A stretch of 64,000 bases of DNA from Eledone cirrhosa (taxonomy: Eukaryota). Shown piece after piece: positions 57,791 through 64,000 of the stretch. The stretch is taken from positions 137,268,001 through 137,332,000 of the forward strand of contig OZ024742.1 in NCBI GenBank assembly GCA_964016885.1, given 5' to 3'. A program made the translations under genes and the position numbers. The notes below the pieces were generated by a model, which saw nothing but the letters and a program-made list of their open reading frames with translations, did not search any database and was not told the origin of the DNA. Numbering within the stretch: the first letter of the stretch is position 1; the number at the start of each line of letters is the position of its first letter.

Positions 57791-58058
57791 ATTTAATAGA
57801 GAAATGCCTTCTACAGGACTAGAACTGTTTCCTTCGAAGGAAATCATCAGGGCTTCGTGATGATTTCCTTTGAATGAAACAGATCTAGTCCTGTAGAAGC
57901 CATTTCTATATTAAATCTTAGATATACTCTACTTTTTGTATTTGAAATTTTGTATTTTTTGTATTTTAAACTTTGCTTCACGACATATTCTACATACGGA
58001 TTACATTGAGTTCTTCATACGGCTTGGACCCTACCATTAATTGGTGGATTTATCTGTA
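57787..58058. mobile_element. Minimal fold-back element: two back-to-back family A HHRs plus tail
   Basis: Inverted repeat 57787-57920; cores tcatcag (57844-57850) and gtgatga (57857-57863); tail to 58058. Confidence 0.85.
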
Positions 58059-58177
58059 TATATATATATATGTATATTTTTCAATGCCACCCTCTCGCTC
58101 TGTATTGAATATATATATATATATATAAAGAATGAATAATAACAGGTAGAGATCATAAAAAGGTAATTTATTCCGTG

Positions 58178-58289
58178 TGCTTACAAATGTTTCCACGGTG
58201 GTACTACAGCCTAGTTATGCTATGTGCAAATTTACAAGTATTTGCAGAACTCAAATATCCAATGCTGTGACCACTGTATCCTCAGAGCA
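58178..58289 (-). ncRNA. Hammerhead ribozyme with large stem II insertion, family J (mirror at 59514-59625, +)
   Basis: tgct CTGAGGA [tacagtggt...accaccgtg] GAAAC attt GTA agca. Confidence 0.78.
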
Positions 58290-58778
58290 GAATGGTAAAA
58301 TGTACAATGTAAATACCCTTAAGTGGGGTTGTTGGGGAAGATAGAGTAGAAAAAGAAGAGAGAAAAGTAGGAGAGATGGAGAGAGAGAGAAAGGTATGCA
58401 GGGGTTGGAGAAGTAGGAGAGAGTGGTTTGTAGATATCTTAATCAAAATGTTATGGTAGGGGTTTTATTATACTGGTTACTTCTGGAGAGATGCGTTGAT
58501 AGTTAAGGTCGGAATTATTTATTGCCCTCAGAGGGCAGGTTCATAGAGGTGGAGAGGGAGGTAGGCCAAAGGCGAGAGAGAGAGTGTAATGGATGTAGAG
58601 AGAGAGGTAGAGTGGGGACAGACGAAGTTTATGTGGTGAGTGAACTTTGGGTTTGTAGCAGTAATCTGTGAATTGCACTGAGTTACCATTTATAGTGATA
58701 AGCAGTGTATTGTCTTGTAGTGTGGGGGAAGAGAAGGTGATTAGCTAGAAAGCGATGTTATAGTTACGGGTTCGAATG

Positions 58779-59489
58779 TTAAGATTTTTTATAGTGAGAG
58801 AATTTAGCTTTTAGTTTGTGGTTGCAGTATAATGATCGTTCAATTCTATCGTTAAGTAGTTTGTTTTTAGATTTTAATATGTAAAAGAGTTCAAGGTTAC
58901 ATAACCTGCAGTACTTCAATCCACTCCGATATGCACTTGCGCTGGAAAGTATATCCCATTTTAAGGTGAACTGTTGGTTGCGTTCACGGAGTTGCCAGGT
59001 CTTGTTGGCGAGCGTGGTCACAAAACGGTGATTAGGATGTTTGATTGAGAATCGATGACGGTACCAGCGAGATTTAAACGAGGTGGTGGTAGATCCGATA
59101 TAATACCATTTCTGGTCGTTCGATTCAACCGTGCATTGGTAAACAATGTTGGACTTCAGGCATTCATTCTTCAATGGACATCTTTCAGGTAGATGGCAGT
59201 TACATTCTTTGTTGTGGGTAGCGGGTATACCATGGATAGGTTGTGATAGCGGTACAGGTGGATTGTGTAATACCCGTCTCCCATTTAGTGGTTGGGAGGC
59301 AGATATTACGCTCTGCCCATCTGTTACTAAAATGTTTTGTTTTGTAGAGTTGTTTAATTGCCTTAAGTTAAGTTTTTTTATGTATGCTTCAAGGTTTGGT
59401 GCCGTGGAGTATGATAGTCTAATAGTTTTAGAGTTCAGAATTTTGCTGTATTTATGGGAACTAGGGAAATGTTTGTTGATTAACTTAAG
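58779..59489 (-). pseudogene. PLE linker and GIY-YIG endonuclease (open frame, 5'-truncated)
   Basis: LKLINKHFPSSHKYSKILNSKTIRLSYS...CNCHLPERCPLKNECL..IVY...YIGSTTTSFKSRWYRH...CRLCNLE...LLNDR..CNHK. Confidence 0.92.
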
Positions 59490-59672
59490 GGTACATTGTA
59501 CATTTTACCATTCTGCTCTGAGGATACAGTTATCACAGCATTGGATATTTGAGTTCTGGAAATACTTGTAAATTTGCACATAGCATAACTAGGCTGTAGT
59601 ACCACCGTGGAAACATTTGTAAGTACACGGAATAAATTACCTTTTTATGATCTCTACCTGTTATTATTCATT

Positions 59673-59760
<88 letters not shown>

Positions 59761-59769
59761 CATGGTATC

Positions 59770-59805
<36 letters not shown>

Positions 59806-59967
59806 CTAGTCCATAGAATCATTAGATAAAATATATACAATATTTCTTCTCTCAATCAGAGTTGAAAGAGAAAGAGAACGAAAAGATACTCTGACGCTTA
59901 TAAATCAGTCAAATTTGTTAATTATTTCCACTTAGCCATCAGTTGGGATTTGAAATGGAGGCATCCC

Positions 59968-60696
59968 CTAAATACGGTTACGTATTCCTTGATTTCGTGT
60001 AGAGCTATGTGTGTTATGGAAATTCCTATCAATGTATTCTATTGTATCCCGGTGGTCGGCCTTCCTTAATGCATTATTGTAGTATTCAGCGTGTTCACTA
60101 AAAATATCAGAGTTAGACGATAGGCGAGAGATTCTCAGAGAAATACTCCGGGGAACTGATTTCATCATGGAGAGTGGGTGGTTTGAGTTAAAGTTAACAT
60201 ACGTGAGGTTCTCATTCATCTTGTGGAAGGGTCGTATCTGTCCGGTATTTAAATTAAGGGTTACGTCCAGAAAGTTTACTACTTTAAGATTGCATTCGTA
60301 TGTTATTTTTAGACCCAGTTCACTAAAAGATTTTCTAATATTTTTCCGTAGCCTTTCAAGATTTTGGTTATTCAAGTTATTAACTAATAAGAGCCCGTCA
60401 TCTCTGTATATTCCCCCCCCCCTGTAGAATACAAAATTTACTATGTAATATGTGGGCTATGTAAATTCCCACGAGATCGGTGACCTCCGCTGAGTCGTTG
60501 GAACCCATGGTAATGTCGAAAATTTTGGGTCTGTCCTTACCTTCCCAGTAGCAGTTATCAAACTTAATAATGGTTTTTCTAGCCTCGATAATAATATTAA
60601 TTTCGTCCTCCGTTAGGTCGGAATTGACCTTAGCAAACGATAGGGCCTTACGTAAAGTGCTTGGTGAGATGGAAGAGTAGTATTCGTCTATGTCAA
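59968..60696 (-). pseudogene. Naiad-type PLE reverse transcriptase fragment, frameshifted at a G run
   Basis: DIDEYYSSI...FDITMGSNDSAEVTDLVGIYI...GIYRDDGL...LKIT..NLKVVNFLDVTLNL...YVNFNSNHP. Confidence 0.92.
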
Positions 60697-60791
60697 CATG
60701 CTGACAGGAAATGGTATAGGGTATCTGTTCTATCTCTAATGTCAAAGATGACTTGGCAAGCTATTTAGAACACTGGTTTAACCGCTTTACT

Positions 60792-60830
60792 TTCCTCCGA
60801 AGAAGAGATATTATCTCGAAAATTAAGGAA
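60792..60830 (+). ncRNA. Minimal hammerhead ribozyme, family K (second copy 63930-63968)
   Basis: ttcct CCGAAGA a-gagata-t-tatctc GAAA at TA aggaa; loopless stem III; AATAAA follows. Confidence 0.72.
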
Positions 60831-60960
60831 TTTAAATAAATCTAAGGTAAAAGACTAATTGTCAACAATATCTTTTGCATTTGCATTCTTTATTCTATGT
60901 CCATGCCTGCATTGTTATGGCTTTATAATACATATACAAACGTTTATACCTCATTACACA

Positions 60961-63516
60961 ATGCTTTCCTTACGCCTGAGCCAGGCCCAATTCACAACTG
61001 TAAAGAAACTCTTCCAGCTATCTGAAAAGCGGGCCAAAGCCGGCTGTCACATAAACTTCCTAAAACGATGCCTGAATAACATCATCCGCAAAACTATCAA
61101 AAACTTGCACCTACCAACATATTTCAATTCACCAGGCCTCAAACGATTACTTAGTTACATACAATAATTCTGCCTAAGAAAAGTCATACAACACCTACAC
61201 TACACCGCACGCTACAACAACACATACGGACTATTTCCAGCCTTGTACCACAACTCACTGAAACCCCAGAACCTCTGTCCAGAATTATCTCCGCCACTAT
61301 AGACAGATCATACCACCATCGCCGAGACTACGAGGAAATACGCCTAAAGCAAAAATTTCTCAAACTCAGCACGGCTAACCTTCTTAACATCCCAACTCTA
61401 AGCACCAACAGAGGCGAACAAGACGGTACCAACACCGAACTTAGCGGCGCCCCGACCAACAACACACCTGATGCAAAACACCTCGTCACAGACTTGACAG
61501 GATCCCTCTCCCGAGAGGAATTAGACCTCCTCAGCCTGGGTTCCAAGTTCATATTGAAACAGATACTGCACGACAAATTATGGCTCGACATAGAAACGAA
61601 TTTCTGTCGGGCTGCCTACCAACTAAAATGGATATCGACTCTTGGCAACCACACCACGGAATCCATCAAACCCAGATTCCCGATATACCAACTGGATCGC
61701 CCACTCTGTCCACCGCCTGCCAACCGCGAGCTTGAAGAAAAATTCTCGAGGCTAAACATTCCGTATTTAACATCTTACGGAAACAGAAGAAGATAGCCCC
61801 AAACCTCTCCAGGACACTACAGCAAGCCCTGAAGAACCTACGTAATAGGGAACTTATATACTTACCATCCGACAAAGGTAAAGAGTTTCGCGTCATCTCT
61901 CAAGCCACATACAACAACCTAGCCTTTGAACACCTAAGCGACAATGAATTATATACAGATATCCCGGACATGACTGCAGCCTAGATCGAAAAATAGACCA
62001 ACTCCATCTTGTTCGATATCTGTAGGAGAAGACAACTCCCAAATAAAGTTAAGCTCAACTACACCACTAAAAATAGCAGACTGCCCACTTTCTACCACCT
62101 CATCAAGACCCACAAGAATAGTACTAAGACGCAAATAAGACCCATCGTCTCTAGCATAGAAGGACCCCTATACAAAATTTCCTGGCTCCTCTCCCAGGTC
62201 ATCAAGCCTCTACTCTCCACCTTTCCCGGGCATGTCAGTAGCTCCGACGAAGTTATACGTAGACTACACCAACTCCAGCCAGAACAAATTAAACTAAATA
62301 GATACGCCTATAGCCTTGACGTTGTCTCCCTCTACACTACAGTCGCCGCTCATCCAGCTATCGATTTATTGACGGACTGCGGGGTCGCAGAGGACATCCA
62401 CTGCTACGGCCTCCATCCGACGGACATACACCAGCTTTTGTCCTTCACAGTCGACAACACGTACTTCACCTTCCACCACCACACACACAGACAGACAACA
62501 GGATTACCCATGGGATCCAGCCTATCGGGCCTGCTGGCCATCACCTATATGAACCAGCTAGAATGCCGAGCCTGCAACACTTGCCATTCCCATACCTTCT
62601 TCACCCGATATGTAGCTGACATACTCATCCTTACATCATCCTGTGAGGAGGCAGATAAAATATACACAACATTCTCCAGCATGGACGCCAGTATAAAGTT
62701 TAGCATGGAACACCCCGATGACCGCGGATCCCTATCCCTACTGGACTTCCAACTCAGGGTAACAGAGGAAGGCAACATACACACCTGCTTCTATAATAAA
62801 GCCGCCAGCAGGGACCTGTTCGTACATTTCAGATCGGCCATCCCAGCCGGCGCTAAGTTCGGATACATAAGGAACGAACTAACACATATCCGGAACAAAT
62901 GCACCAACGCTAGACACCGAGACACACACACCACACATTTCCTGGAAGTACTCAAACTGAACGGATACACGACATCCACCACAAACCGTGCCAGAAAGAA
63001 CAGAGGAGACCACACCCGAGGCACTAACACTTGCTTCCTGAAGCTCCCACACTTCAGTGACGAAACAACAACAGCCTTCCGCAGAGCTATCATACGAGAG
63101 GGACTAGATATCCCACTGGCGCACTCAGGTCCTTCTCTACGCGGATAGCTAACCAAAAGACACTCCACCAGACATGACAACTGCTGCAGGCTAGCCAACT
63201 GCCCCATCAACGACACAGACCTATGTCACCAGGCTTACGTCGTATACAGACTAGAGTGTGACAAATGCAGCAACTTCTAAGTAGGTAGCCCCACCAGACC
63301 ACTCCACATAAGAATAAAATAACACCTCAATACTAACGCTTCCTCATTTAAGAAACACCTAGTTAAATGCAAAAACACCGAAAAAACCATAACAGTTAGG
63401 ATAGAAACTAAGGAAAGAAACCTCGGCAATCTTAGAATTAAGGAAGCACTAATTATAGACATAACACACCACTAATCAATAATAGACTAGAACTCAACAC
63501 ACAATTTATAATTTGA
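60961..63516 (+). pseudogene. PLE RT plus GIY-YIG polyprotein with stops and frameshifts
   Basis: FYHLIKTHK, RPIVS, SLDVVSLYT, GLPMGSSLS, RYVAD (decayed YxDD), LKLNGY, then CCRLANCPI...VVYRLECDKC..*VGS.TRPLHIRIK*H...RIKEALII..IN. Confidence 0.92.
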
Positions 63517-64000
63517 TAGAGCTTCTAGTCCCATATTTACACACACCCCACACACACGCACACACACGCACACACACACGCACGCACACACACACACACA
63601 CGCTTACACCTCCACCTATTCTCTCTCACATACACACATACACACACAAAGACCAGTTCTAACACGAGATAACATCTATCCCCCACATTTACGTATAGAC
63701 ATATCTTTTCAAACTCACACACACACACTCACATACTTACACTTTCATGCATTCTCCCACACACTTAAACAGGCATGTACAAAAAAAACAAAAAAACTTT
63801 TAATGGGAGACTACTCTTTATCCACCTAACCTTAACTCTTTGACATTAGAGATAGAACAGATACTCTATACCATTTCCTGTCAGCATGACTTGGCAAGCT
63901 ATTTAGAACACTGGTTTAACCGCTTTACTTTCCTCCGAAGAAGAGATATTATCTCGAAAATTAAGGACATTTAAATAAATATAAGGTAAAAGACTAATTG

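Larger units (their letters stand above)
58126..59677 (-). mobile_element. 5'-truncated Naiad-type PLE (family J) with inverted pLTRs
   Basis: pLTR 58126-58323, UTR, endonuclease frame, inverted pLTR 59484-59677; (TA)n on both sides. Confidence 0.92.
60697..64000 (+). mobile_element. Near full-length decayed Penelope-like element (non-Naiad) with direct pLTRs
   Basis: Direct repeat 60748-60861 and 63886-64000, each with an HHR; RT and GIY-YIG frame in between. Confidence 0.93.

Noticed and set aside
59146-63216. Antisense ORFs 59146-59571, 60167-60427 and 62791-63216
   Set aside because: They are shadow frames opposite PLE coding sequence, with no motifs of their own.

Overview
AT-rich, microsatellite-dense eukaryotic DNA with no supportable host gene. 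The SINE types and repeat landscape suggest a coleoid cephalopod such as Octopus, which is an inference. Most ORFs in the track are translations of simple repeats. The real coding remnants are all retroelements: four Naiad-type Penelope-like element (PLE) fragments (three GIY-YIG ends, one RT), one near full-length decayed PLE with direct pseudo-LTRs at 60.7-64 kb, RTE-type LINE fragments, a probable Tx1 3' end and many tRNA-derived SINEs. The dominant signal is about 30 hammerhead ribozyme (HHR) motifs, found by eye and falling into about 11 sequence families. Almost all sit in short elements inside or beside (TA)n arrays. Many are ORF-less fold-back palindromes of 130-1250 bp with one HHR on each strand and a one-sided tail carrying a shared GAGTGC-like motif. 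The same architecture flanks two endonuclease-coding Naiad fragments, giving a series from coding PLE down to minimal two-ribozyme hairpin. Two direct-repeat elements begin their repeat at a predicted HHR cleavage site, which is retrozyme-like. All folds were paired manually; no folding or database search was run.
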